Shown here: positions 25,101-32,000 of the stretch, in pieces
Layout of the letters: every line of letters starts with the position of its first letter
Numbering within the stretch: the first letter of the stretch is position 1
Assembly (NCBI RefSeq): GCF_000734015.1
Contig: NZ_CP008796.1
Coordinates: 300,001 to 332,000 of the forward strand
Length of the DNA: 32,000 bases
Direction of reading: 5' to 3'
Source: Thermodesulfobacterium commune DSM 2178
GTDB taxonomy: Bacteria; Desulfobacterota; Thermodesulfobacteria; Thermodesulfobacteriales; Thermodesulfobacteriaceae
The notes under the pieces: model-generated
Seen by the model: the letters and a program-made list of their open reading frames with translations, nothing else
Told to the model about the DNA's origin: nothing
Databases searched by the model: none
Made by a program: the position numbers and the translations under genes

Positions 25101-25225
25101 TCGGAACCACCGTGGTTATGGGAATGACCTTTGCAACGTTGTTTGGGGTTTTCTTTATACCTCTTTTTTATTACGTGGTGGTAAAATTAAGAGAGAGATT
25201 TTCTAAAATAACGGGAAGAAAATGA
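22106..25225 (+). CDS. RND multidrug efflux transporter, HAE1 family (AcrB/MexB-like)
   Basis: The 1039-aa ORF has the N-terminal FFIERPRFAAVVSI motif, 12 predicted TM segments with two large periplasmic loops, and the conserved GLVVDDAIIVIENAER motif in TM4. Confidence 0.95.
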   Translation: MISKFFIERPRFAAVVSIFFVLLGILAIQVLPIQEYPALTPPQIMVRTVYPGADAETVLKTVVTPLEESINGVPNMIYMSSTASSSGDVNINVYFEVGTDVNVAKMDVNNRVQMALSKLPEEVRRQGVQVRERSPDIALAVAFISQGGVRSPVEISNFVLINVVEELKRIPGVGDVVIFDDKSYSIRVWLKPDKLAKYGLTPIEVAQAIASQNQQFSAGGIAQEPTDKAYSFSYTVKGDPRFEKVSQFENIILRSNPDGSKLLLKDVATVELSSENFNRQSSYKKDPAIPVGIFLAPNANLLEVNKKVKETLKQLSHNFPEDIKFYYPYDPTLYVKEAIKEVIVTFVIALVLVVFVIYIFLGSLKATIIPVLAIPVSIIGTFAGMYALGFSINLLTLFGLVLAIGLVVDDAIIVIENAERIKRVKRLSSKEATIEAMQEITGPIIAIVLVLSAVFIPAAFLGGFTGAFYRQFAVTIAISMILSGIVALTLTPALCARFLEEEHKKMPLPIRLFNLFFFKSRKWFVNTVKNFLRFVPIGIAVFIFVVIGTIFFIKRLPTGLVPFEDDGLLNIFTNLPPGSSLKRTINVANEISDTLAKTKEIEEWINIAGLDLQTFGFKSDSLTTFIHLKDWKERKGREHSSFALVQRLNQQFAKNREALIFVVNPPPIRGMSLVGGFEMYIQDRSGRPLSDLYKYVQEIVAKANQRPELTAVRTTFVPNVPTYKVTVDREKAKAYEVDVDEVYRTLNIVFGKYYVNDFNLYGRIFHVNLGAEGEYRDDLRDYSYVYVRSKNGNLIPISSLIKVELIPDAPILEKFNMFVSAKVLGNPKPGYTSGDAIKAISEVAKEVLPPGYTIAWAGTSYQEVKVQTKGNLALIYALIFIYLILVALYESWTAPLAILLSAPFALFGAALGLNLFGLQNDVYFQAGLLVLIGLSAKNAILIVEFAEERLKRGMGLVEATIEAAYLRYRPIMMTSFAFIAGAIPLMFASGAGANSRMIIGTTVVMGMTFATLFGVFFIPLFYYVVVKLRERFSKITGRK

Positions 25226-26634
25226 AAAGATCTAATTTAGCAATTTTAGTGTTAAGCATATTTTTGGTTTTTGGTTGCTCTTTAGCCCCAGAGCTTAAGA
25301 AGCCTGATCTACCTTTACCTCAGAGTATTAGGTTAGAAAATGGGACCGTTAGCTTAACAGATAACTGGTGGAAAAACTTTGATGATCCTTACTTAAACCA
25401 GCTGGTAGAAGAGGCCTTAAAAGCAAACGATGATCTTATGATCGCACAGTCGCGTGTGGAACAAGCCTTAGCTATGCTTGGCAATCTAAGGGCTCAGCTT
25501 TATCCTTATTTTGGTTATCAAGGTCAGGCTGAAAGAAGTAGAAATTCTGAATATACTGGTCCTCTTGGAGGCAAAACAGATTATTTCTTTTCTCTCTCTG
25601 GTTTGGTGTCTTATGAGATAGACCTTTGGGGTAAACTTAGAAATCAAGAAAAGGCAGGTCTTGCAAGGCTTTTATCTGCTAAAGCTAACCAAGAAGCTTT
25701 AAAAATCAGCCTGATTGCAAACGTAGTCTCTACCTATTTAAACCTAACTTCAACCAACTTACAACTCAAAACTGCCGAGGATTATGCTGAAAAACTTAGA
25801 GAAACCTACGAATATAGAAAAACTCAGTTTCAAAAAGGTTTGGTCAGCGAGATAGTTGTAGAACAGGCTAAGGCAGAGTATGAATCTGCCAAATTAACGG
25901 TAGAAACTTTGAAAAATCAAAGAGAAGTCCTGAAAACTGTTTTGTCCGTCCTTTTAGGAAGAAGTCCTAAGGAGATTTTTGAAAAAAATTTTTTGGTAAG
26001 GCAGGATTTACCTCAGCCTTTAAAACCTCCCTCAGTTTTACCTTCTGAAGTTTTGGTGCGCAGGCCTGACATCATCGCGGCAGAAGAGACCCTTAAAGCC
26101 GCTAACTTTGAGATAGGTGTAGCAAAATCAGCCTATTTTCCGAGTATTTCTTTAACAGGTGCTTTAGGGTATAAAAGTAATGAACTGTCAAACCTTATTA
26201 CACATTCAGCCTCTTTTTGGAATCTGGGACTTTCTTTAGCAGGACCGATACTTGATTTTGGTAGAACTAAAAGCCAGGTAGAACTAAAAGAGGCTCAAAA
26301 GAGGGAGGCTTTGTATACCTATGTAAAAACCGTAAAAACTGCTTTTAAAGAAGTATATGATGCTTTGGTAGCCATAGAAACAGCAGAGAAAAAGTTGGAA
26401 GTTCAAAAGGAGCGATTAGCCTCTTTAGAAAAGGTTCTTTCCCTTTCAGAAAAAAAGTTTGAACAAGGGTTGATTGATTATTTGGTGGTAATTGATGCTC
26501 AGAGAAACTATCTCAACGCTAAGCTTAACCTAATCCAACTACAAACAGACCTTCTTAATGCCTATGTTAATCTTTACAAAGCCCTTGGAGGCGGTTACTC
26601 TTATAAAGAAAACTTCAACTTTAATGGAAAATAA
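25222..26634 (+). CDS. Outer membrane factor lipoprotein (NodT/OprM family)
   Basis: The 470-aa ORF overlaps the RND gene by ATGA, has a lipobox (LVFGC) and shows the duplicated TolC-like helical repeat pattern (RPDIIAAEETLKAANFEIGVAKSAYFPSISLTG). Confidence 0.9.
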   Translation: MKRSNLAILVLSIFLVFGCSLAPELKKPDLPLPQSIRLENGTVSLTDNWWKNFDDPYLNQLVEEALKANDDLMIAQSRVEQALAMLGNLRAQLYPYFGYQGQAERSRNSEYTGPLGGKTDYFFSLSGLVSYEIDLWGKLRNQEKAGLARLLSAKANQEALKISLIANVVSTYLNLTSTNLQLKTAEDYAEKLRETYEYRKTQFQKGLVSEIVVEQAKAEYESAKLTVETLKNQREVLKTVLSVLLGRSPKEIFEKNFLVRQDLPQPLKPPSVLPSEVLVRRPDIIAAEETLKAANFEIGVAKSAYFPSISLTGALGYKSNELSNLITHSASFWNLGLSLAGPILDFGRTKSQVELKEAQKREALYTYVKTVKTAFKEVYDALVAIETAEKKLEVQKERLASLEKVLSLSEKKFEQGLIDYLVVIDAQRNYLNAKLNLIQLQTDLLNAYVNLYKALGGGYSYKENFNFNGK

Positions 26635-27673
26635 AGTCTACTTAAAAGAAGAAGATTTAGGCTTTCAACCTAAGTGGTCTGAGATTTTTAACAATTTAAA
26701 CCCTATTTATGTAGAGATAGGTATAGGAAACGGAGAGTTTATCGTTCATTTAGCCAAAACTTACCCTCATTTTAACTTTGTTGGCACCGAGTTTTGCCGG
26801 GAGGTTTTAAGAAAGGCTTTAAAAAGGGCAGAAGGAGAAGGTCTTTCAAATTTAAGACTCTTACCGATGGAAGGGACCAAACTTCTTATTAAAGGGTTTA
26901 CTTCAGAAAGTATCTCTGGACTTTATCTTAATTTTCCAGATCCTTGGGATAAACGTAAGAAAAGACGAAACAGGTTAGTTAATGAAGCGTTTGTATGGTT
27001 GCTTGCAGACCGGCTTAAAGAAGGTGGATTTTTTCGGATGGCAACAGACCATAGACCTTATCTTGAGGAGGTAGTAAAATTATTTACCACTAATGAGGCT
27101 TTTTCTCCTCTTTGGGAAGAGCTTATAAGAACTGAGATAGAAGATTTTTATCCTACCAAATATGCAAGAAAATGGCTTTCTCAAGGTCTACCTTTATATT
27201 TTACCGGTTTTAAAAAGATAAAAAGGGTTAGGTTGCCTGATTGGATAAAAGAGAAATATTCTTTATTAAGGTTAACGAAGGAGGACTATGTGCCCATAAT
27301 AAGTGTGTTGAAGGTAAAAGAATTGCCAGATTTTCGAGCCTTGGCTAAAGCTATATCTAAGGGCATTTTATACCAAAGCGAAGGGGATTTAATAAAGGTT
27401 TTAGATGTTTATACCAAAGAAGATGGGTTACTTATAGACCTCATAGTGTTAGAAAAGAGTCTGCAACAACGGTTTTTTGTAGCTGTAAATCCTTATGAAA
27501 CCAGAGGGATTCTTATTTCTGTTCATAGTTCAGACCATCCTGACCCAACAGATGGAGTCCACCTTGCTATCTCCATAATAACCCACAAAATCTGGTCCTT
27601 TTTACCTGAGTCTGAGCTAATAAAAACTACCTGTAAGACTAAACTTTTTAACCTAATCAAAACTATGGTATAG
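26624..27673 (+). CDS. trmB: tRNA (guanine46-N7)-methyltransferase TrmB with a ~140-aa C-terminal extension
   Basis: The SAM-binding motif VEIGIGNGEF and the signature NFPDPWDKRKKRRNRL are present. I prefer the start at ATG 26624 (MENKVYLK). The ORF-track start at 26558 would overlap the OMF gene by 77 nt with non-conserved-looking sequence. Confidence 0.85.
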   Translation: MENKVYLKEEDLGFQPKWSEIFNNLNPIYVEIGIGNGEFIVHLAKTYPHFNFVGTEFCREVLRKALKRAEGEGLSNLRLLPMEGTKLLIKGFTSESISGLYLNFPDPWDKRKKRRNRLVNEAFVWLLADRLKEGGFFRMATDHRPYLEEVVKLFTTNEAFSPLWEELIRTEIEDFYPTKYARKWLSQGLPLYFTGFKKIKRVRLPDWIKEKYSLLRLTKEDYVPIISVLKVKELPDFRALAKAISKGILYQSEGDLIKVLDVYTKEDGLLIDLIVLEKSLQQRFFVAVNPYETRGILISVHSSDHPDPTDGVHLAISIITHKIWSFLPESELIKTTCKTKLFNLIKTMV

Positions 27674-27750
27674 CCTTACGGAATTGCTGTTAAAATCCTC
27701 AAATATTATCTATTACAAGAATTTCTTTTTTTGAAAATTAAGGAAGTAAG

Positions 27751-27778
27751 TAAGCAAGGCGTCGATTGCTTATTTTTA
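27751..27778 (+). terminator. Possible weak terminator after trmB
   Basis: TAAGCAA (27751-27757) pairs with TTGCTTA (27766-27772) across an 8-nt loop, followed by TTTTTAT. The stem is short and AT-rich. Confidence 0.35.
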
Positions 27779-28476
27779 TAGTCTTAAGTTAAGAAATTGA
27801 TAGGCTAAGCATGTAAGAAAACTTTTCATTTGAAAACCCTTTTGAAGTAGGGCAGGTTTCACTTACCCCTTGAAACCCTGATAAAATCTAGCTTTTTAAA
27901 GTTTAGTATAAAACTAAATTTTAGAAAATAGCCCTTTGAAAGACTGATGAAATCTATGTTAGAGAATCAGGGATAATAAAAAATTTTACATAAAATCAAT
28001 AACTTGCAATGATAATTTTTTGGTGGTTTTCATTGCAAATGAGACTAAATAATAAAATACCTCTAAAAATCCATTTCTCTATGTCGCATTAAATCTTGCT
28101 TGTAAGGGAGGGTAAAAATTATCTATTTGTTTGCTAAATATACGTACACGCCCCCTTTAAAAGGAGAGATGATAAGGAAGTGTTTCATTAATTGTGTCTA
28201 AATTTTAGGGGCTAAGAGTTTTCTCTTCGGGTAAAAAATTAGAAAGTTTATTTACGCGACGGATCAATTAAAGAGGTTAATAAAGGAGGTAGGCTTTTTA
28301 CCCTGCACTGTTAAATACCATTAATCAAACGCTATACAATTTTTCACATTGATTAAATATAGGTTTTTTAGTTCCTATATACATTGGTTTTTAGAACTTA
28401 AATTTTTGGTCTCGTGGGGTTCCGTGTGGTTAGGTGAAAAAAGGGAAGGGTTAGTACCTTGAAACTTAGAGAAAAA

Positions 28477-28562
28477 TGCCCGGGGCCGGACTCGAACCGG
28501 CACGGGGCGGAAACCCCAGTGGATTTTAAGTCCACAGCGTCTACCAATTCCGCCACCCGGGC
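28477..28562 (-). tRNA. tRNA-Leu (anticodon UAA), class II with a long variable arm; CCA not encoded
   Basis: The minus-strand sequence is GCCCGGGTGGCGGAATTGGTAGACGCTGTGGACTTAAAATCCACTGGGGTTTCCGCCCCGTGCCGGTTCGAGTCCGGCCCCGGGCA. It has a 7-bp acceptor stem GCCCGGG/CCCGGGC, an anticodon stem GTGGA/TCCAC with loop CTTAAAA, a T-arm GCCGG-TTCGAGT-CCGGC and a discriminator A. Total length is 86 nt. Confidence 0.95.
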
Positions 28563-28585
28563 GAAAAACCCGTATACTTTTGTAA

Positions 28586-28613
28586 ATATTACTCTAAAAA
28601 TCTGGTTTATCAA
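28586..28613 (-). promoter_or_regulatory. Candidate promoter for tRNA-Leu
   Basis: On the minus strand, TTGATA (28613-28608), a 16-nt spacer and TAATAT (28591-28586) lie about 24 nt upstream of the mature tRNA 5' end. Confidence 0.5.
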
Positions 28614-28671
28614 GAGGTTCTCACCTTGTTTTTTGCCAGAAAATGTTTTAAAATTTTATCGTACTTAAGCC

Positions 28672-30312
28672 ATGTTAAAAGAACTTAGTATTAGAAATTT
28701 GGTGTTGATAGACGAAATCTCGCTTAACTTTGATAAAGGATTTATTGTTTTTACCGGAGAAACAGGGGCAGGAAAGTCTTTGATAATAAAGGCAATAAGG
28801 CTCCTTTTAGGAGATCGGTTTAGTCAAGACTATCTGAAACCAGGGGCTAAAGAAGGAGAGGTAGAAGCCCTTATCTGGGGAGGCGATTTTCTATATCAAA
28901 GATTAAAAGACTTAGGATATCAAGAAACAGATGAGGTGCATATCCTCAGGGTTTTTTCTCCAAAAAAACAGAGAGTTTTTATTAACGGAGAACCAGCTTC
29001 TTTAACAGACCTTAGCTACCTAATCAAAGATTTAATCCTTCTTACCAGTCAGCACGAATTTTACACCCTTATTGATCCCGAAAAACAGTTAGAGCTTTTA
29101 GATGAGTTTGCTGATTCATTTAGTCTTTTGAAGGCTTATAGAGAGGCCTTAGCTCGTTATAAAGAAATTTCTTCTCAAGTTTTGGCTTTAGAAAAAAAAC
29201 TTGAGGATCTCTCCGTTAAAAAAGATTTTTTACTTTTCCAGATAAAAGAGCTTGAAGACCTAAAACCCGATCCTGAGGAAGAAGAACAACTTAGAGAGGA
29301 AAGAGAAAAACTTAAAAACCTTACGTTTTTAAAAGAACAGTTAGACTTGACATCAAAAAGTTTAGAAGAGACTACCTCAAACCTTTATCAGGCTTTATCT
29401 TCTTTAGAAAAAATAAGTAGTTTGGATAGAGTTTTTAAGATTTATGCTGAAAAAACCTCAGGGTTTTATTATGAAATTAAAGAGATTTTAAGAGAAGTGC
29501 ACGCCTATTCCAGAGGTCTTCCTGAAGATAGTTCCCTTTTAGACCAAATAGAAACAAGGCTTTCTCAATACGAAAAAATAAAAAAGAAATATCAGCGAGA
29601 CACCAGAGGCTTGCAAAAGTTATTAGAGGAACTCAAAAGTGAGTTAAACCTTCTTGAGTTTGGGAGAGAGGATTATGAGGATTTAAAGAAAAAGCAAGAA
29701 ATAGTTTTAGAAGAAGTCTTAAGCTTAGCTAAAGATTTGTCGTTGAAAAGAAAAGAGGGATCTTTAGCCCTAACTAAATTATTAAAAGAAGAGCTAAAAG
29801 AACTTGGGATGGAAAAGGTTGAGTTTTTGATAGAAGTTAACTCTAAAGCACCTGAAGGAAGTAACCTTGGTTCTTATGGGCTTGATGAGGTGAGATTTCT
29901 TTTTTCATCTAATCCAGGGATCCCTCCAAAACCTCTTGAAAAGGTAGCTTCAGGAGGAGAACTTTCTCGTATTTTTCTGGCTATTCAATCAATCATCCAG
30001 ACCAAACAGACACCTAAAACAGTAATTTTTGACGAGGTAGACGTAGGTATAGGTGGGATTACCGCGAAAAAAGTAGGTGAAAAACTTAAAAAACTTTCGG
30101 AAAATACGCAGGTAGTTTGTATTACCCATCTTCCTCAAATAGCAGCCATGGCAGATCATCATTTTTTAGTAGAAAAGTACTCAGATCTTGGAGAAACCAA
30201 AGCGGTGGTTAGACCTCTTGAGAAAGAAGAAAGGCTTAAAGAGATCGCAAGAATGTTAGGTCATCCTGAAAACCTTGAGTTAGCTCAGCAGTTTTTAAGG
30301 GAAAGTTCTTAG
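28672..30312 (+). CDS. recN: DNA repair protein RecN (SMC-like ATPase)
   Basis: The 546-aa ORF has Walker A GETGAGKS, a long central coiled coil, the ABC signature SGGELSR and Walker B VIFDEVD. Confidence 0.95.
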   Translation: MLKELSIRNLVLIDEISLNFDKGFIVFTGETGAGKSLIIKAIRLLLGDRFSQDYLKPGAKEGEVEALIWGGDFLYQRLKDLGYQETDEVHILRVFSPKKQRVFINGEPASLTDLSYLIKDLILLTSQHEFYTLIDPEKQLELLDEFADSFSLLKAYREALARYKEISSQVLALEKKLEDLSVKKDFLLFQIKELEDLKPDPEEEEQLREEREKLKNLTFLKEQLDLTSKSLEETTSNLYQALSSLEKISSLDRVFKIYAEKTSGFYYEIKEILREVHAYSRGLPEDSSLLDQIETRLSQYEKIKKKYQRDTRGLQKLLEELKSELNLLEFGREDYEDLKKKQEIVLEEVLSLAKDLSLKRKEGSLALTKLLKEELKELGMEKVEFLIEVNSKAPEGSNLGSYGLDEVRFLFSSNPGIPPKPLEKVASGGELSRIFLAIQSIIQTKQTPKTVIFDEVDVGIGGITAKKVGEKLKKLSENTQVVCITHLPQIAAMADHHFLVEKYSDLGETKAVVRPLEKEERLKEIARMLGHPENLELAQQFLRESS

Positions 30313-31242
30313 ATGGGAAAGGCTCTTTTGTTATTTTCAGACGGGCTTGACAGCCTTCTTGCTGGCCTTGTCTTGAAGACTCAAGGGATAAAGGTTATAC
30401 CTGTTAAATTTATTACCCCTTTTTTTGGTTGGAAATACAAAAAAAATCCTGAGATTTTTTATCAAAAGAGTTTAGAGCTGGGGTTTGAAAAAGGATTGGT
30501 TTTAGACATTACGGAAGAATATCTTCAGATTTTAAAAAAACCAAGATATGGGTATGGAGATTTTGCTAACCCTTGTTTAGACTGTAAAATTTTGATGGTT
30601 AGACTTGCTAAAACCTTACTTTCTGAACTTGGGGCTGATTTTATAGCCACTGGAGAGGTAGTAGGACAAAGGCCTATGAGCCAGAATCGACAGGCCTTAG
30701 AGACTATAGAAAGAGATGCAGAGGTAAAGGGAATACTGCTTAGACCTTTATCTGCTAAACTTTTGGAACCTACTATCCCTGAAAGGGAAGGTTTAGTAGA
30801 CAGGGAAAAACTTTTAGACCTTCAAGGTAGACAAAGAAAACCACAGCTTGAGCTGGCTAAAAAATGGGGGATAAAGGAGATACCAACACCTGCTGGAGGG
30901 TGTTTATTGACAGACCCTCAGATAGGCTCAAGGGTGTTGAAAGTTTTGAAAGAAAAAAGACTTCTCACCTATAAAACCGCTCAACTTCTTTGCTTGGGAA
31001 GACATTTTTTAGAGGAAAACCTTTGGGTTATCCTTGGTAGAAACCAAGAGGAAAATCAGACAATCCAGGAGATAGTCGAAAAAGAGTTTCCTCTTTATAT
31101 GCTTAGTCAAAGTTCTCCTGTTGCCTGTGTGGTTGAAGGAAATCCTCCTGTAGAGTTTATTAGAGAACTTCTATTAAAATATGCACCTAAAGCAAGAAAA
31201 AGGTTGGCTGAGGGAGAAGCCGTAGAATGTATAAAACTGTAG
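30313..31242 (+). CDS. PP-loop ATP pyrophosphatase family protein (ThiI/MnmA-like tRNA sulfurtransferase-type core) with a variant PP-loop
   Basis: The 309-aa ORF has an N-terminal LLFSDGLDSLLA where the family has SGGxDS. The central NPCLDCKILMVRLAKTLLSELGADFIATGEVVGQRPMSQ resembles the ThiI/MnmA adenylation domain. The ORF starts directly after the recN stop. Confidence 0.6.
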   Translation: MGKALLLFSDGLDSLLAGLVLKTQGIKVIPVKFITPFFGWKYKKNPEIFYQKSLELGFEKGLVLDITEEYLQILKKPRYGYGDFANPCLDCKILMVRLAKTLLSELGADFIATGEVVGQRPMSQNRQALETIERDAEVKGILLRPLSAKLLEPTIPEREGLVDREKLLDLQGRQRKPQLELAKKWGIKEIPTPAGGCLLTDPQIGSRVLKVLKEKRLLTYKTAQLLCLGRHFLEENLWVILGRNQEENQTIQEIVEKEFPLYMLSQSSPVACVVEGNPPVEFIRELLLKYAPKARKRLAEGEAVECIKL

Positions 31243-32000
31243 TGCTACTTACGGATTTTGGTATCAAAGACCATTATGTAGGGGTAGTTAAGGGAAAAAT
31301 ATTACAAGAACTTAATAGAAAAGGAGTGAACATAACAAGTCTTCAGTTTATAGACCTTTGTCATGAAATACCACCTCAAGATGTAAAACAAGCATCCCTT
31401 ATGTTGTTTTTTTCTTATCGTTATTTTCCTGAAGGCACTGTTTTCCTCTGTGTGGTTGACCCAGGGGTAGGTACAGAAAGAAAGGCTTTAGTGGTTAAAA
31501 CCGATAAATATTTTTTTGTAGGGCCTGATAACGGGATTTTTTCATTAATCTATCAGACAGAAAAGTGTATTCCCTATGAGATAGAGGTTTCTAAAGTTTT
31601 ACGTCCTCCTTATAGCAAGACTTTTCATGGAAGAGATCTCTTTGCTCCGGTTGTATCTTTTTTGTTAGCAGAGGAACCGTTAGAGAGTTTTAGCCAAAAA
31701 ATCTCTATGGATACTTTAGTTAAGCTTGAGTTTAAACCTCCTCAAAAAACCGAAAAGGGATTAAAATTAGCTATTTGGTATGTGGATCGGTTTGGCAACT
31801 TGATTACTAACCTTAGTCAAGAGCTACTTAAGGCAAAGAACAAGCCTTTTAAAATTTTGGTTAACCATCGGGAAGTTCCTTTGGTCGAGACCTATGGTGG
31901 GGCCAAGAAAGGGGAGTTGGTAGCTTTGTTTGGGAGTGAAGGATTGTTGGAAATAGCTATAAATCAAGGGTCAGCAAAAGAGGTTTTAGGGGAACCTGAA
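31227..32000 (+). CDS. SAM hydrolase / SAM hydroxide adenosyltransferase family protein (DUF62), 3' end outside the window
   Basis: This ORF is not in the supplied track because it has no stop in the window. My translation from ATG 31227 is MYKTVVLLTDFGIKDHYVGVVKGKILQEL...FLCVVDPGVGTERKALVVKTDKYFFVGPDNGIFSLI..., showing the LTDFG..D.YVG..KG and VDPGVGT motifs of the family. It overlaps the previous gene by 16 nt. Confidence 0.8.
   Translation, partial: MYKTVVLLTDFGIKDHYVGVVKGKILQELNRKGVNITSLQFIDLCHEIPPQDVKQASLMLFFSYRYFPEGTVFLCVVDPGVGTERKALVVKTDKYFFVGPDNGIFSLIYQTEKCIPYEIEVSKVLRPPYSKTFHGRDLFAPVVSFLLAEEPLESFSQKISMDTLVKLEFKPPQKTEKGLKLAIWYVDRFGNLITNLSQELLKAKNKPFKILVNHREVPLVETYGGAKKGELVALFGSEGLLEIAINQGSAKEVLGEPE

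Noticed and set aside
26558-26623. Upstream extension of trmB (ORF-track start at 26558)
   Set aside because: It would overlap the OMF gene by 77 nt and add 22 residues with no TrmB-like sequence. The ATG at 26624 gives a normal N-terminus.
27830-27960. CRISPR array
   Set aside because: Only two convincing repeat copies exist, and they are imperfect (about 20 of 25 positions). There is no regular array, and no cas genes are in the window. At most this is a decayed remnant, so I report it only as a repeat observation.
27674-28476. A large structured RNA (tmRNA, RNase P RNA, 6S) or an intact prophage/att site next to tRNA-Leu
   Set aside because: The tract is very AT-rich, whereas the neighbouring tRNA shows that structured RNAs in this genome are GC-rich. 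I could not find tmRNA or RNase P hallmark strings. I also found no direct repeat of the tRNA 3' end and no integrase remnant by eye.
28398-28668. ORFs 28398-28613 (-) and 28459-28668 (+)
   Set aside because: Both run through the tRNA-Leu gene (28477-28562). A GC-rich tRNA in AT-rich DNA creates stop-free frames by chance.

Overview
This is a chromosomal window from an AT-rich bacterium that is probably thermophilic. The proteins are rich in K, E and I, and a very GC-rich tRNA sits in an AT-rich background. Assignment to a Thermodesulfobacteria- or Aquificae-like lineage is inference only. Most of the window is tightly packed housekeeping and envelope genes. These are a CbiA/DsrN-family amidase plus a small ferredoxin, coaD, a complete pilMNOPQ type IV pilus operon, trmFO, a yajC-tgt-aminotransferase operon, a flagellin gene with a textbook sigma-28 promoter, a TetR-regulated tripartite RND efflux operon, trmB, tRNA-Leu(UAA), recN, a PP-loop ATPase and a SAM hydrolase (DUF62-type, truncated by the window end). 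The best candidate for an undescribed system is a four-gene cassette at 3918-8665, immediately upstream of pilM. It encodes a bacteriohemerythrin, a transmembrane sensor (periplasmic CxxCH domain, HAMP, degenerate MCP-like coiled coil, degenerate CZB-like C-terminus), a dynamin-like GTPase with no hydrophobic segment of its own, and an overlapping 220-aa protein carrying a hydrophobic hairpin. Other items worth a second look are a secreted 482-aa protein built from about 18-20 short aromatic/Pro repeats of W-P-[FL]-[FY] type (about 10 with the full motif), an internally deleted and frameshifted IS4-superfamily transposase relic with an intact Y-2-R-3-E-6-K motif, palindromes in the TetR promoter, and an unexplained ~0.8 kb ORF-free region abutting the 3' end of tRNA-Leu. 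All calls come from reading the sequence and translations by eye; no database search was run.
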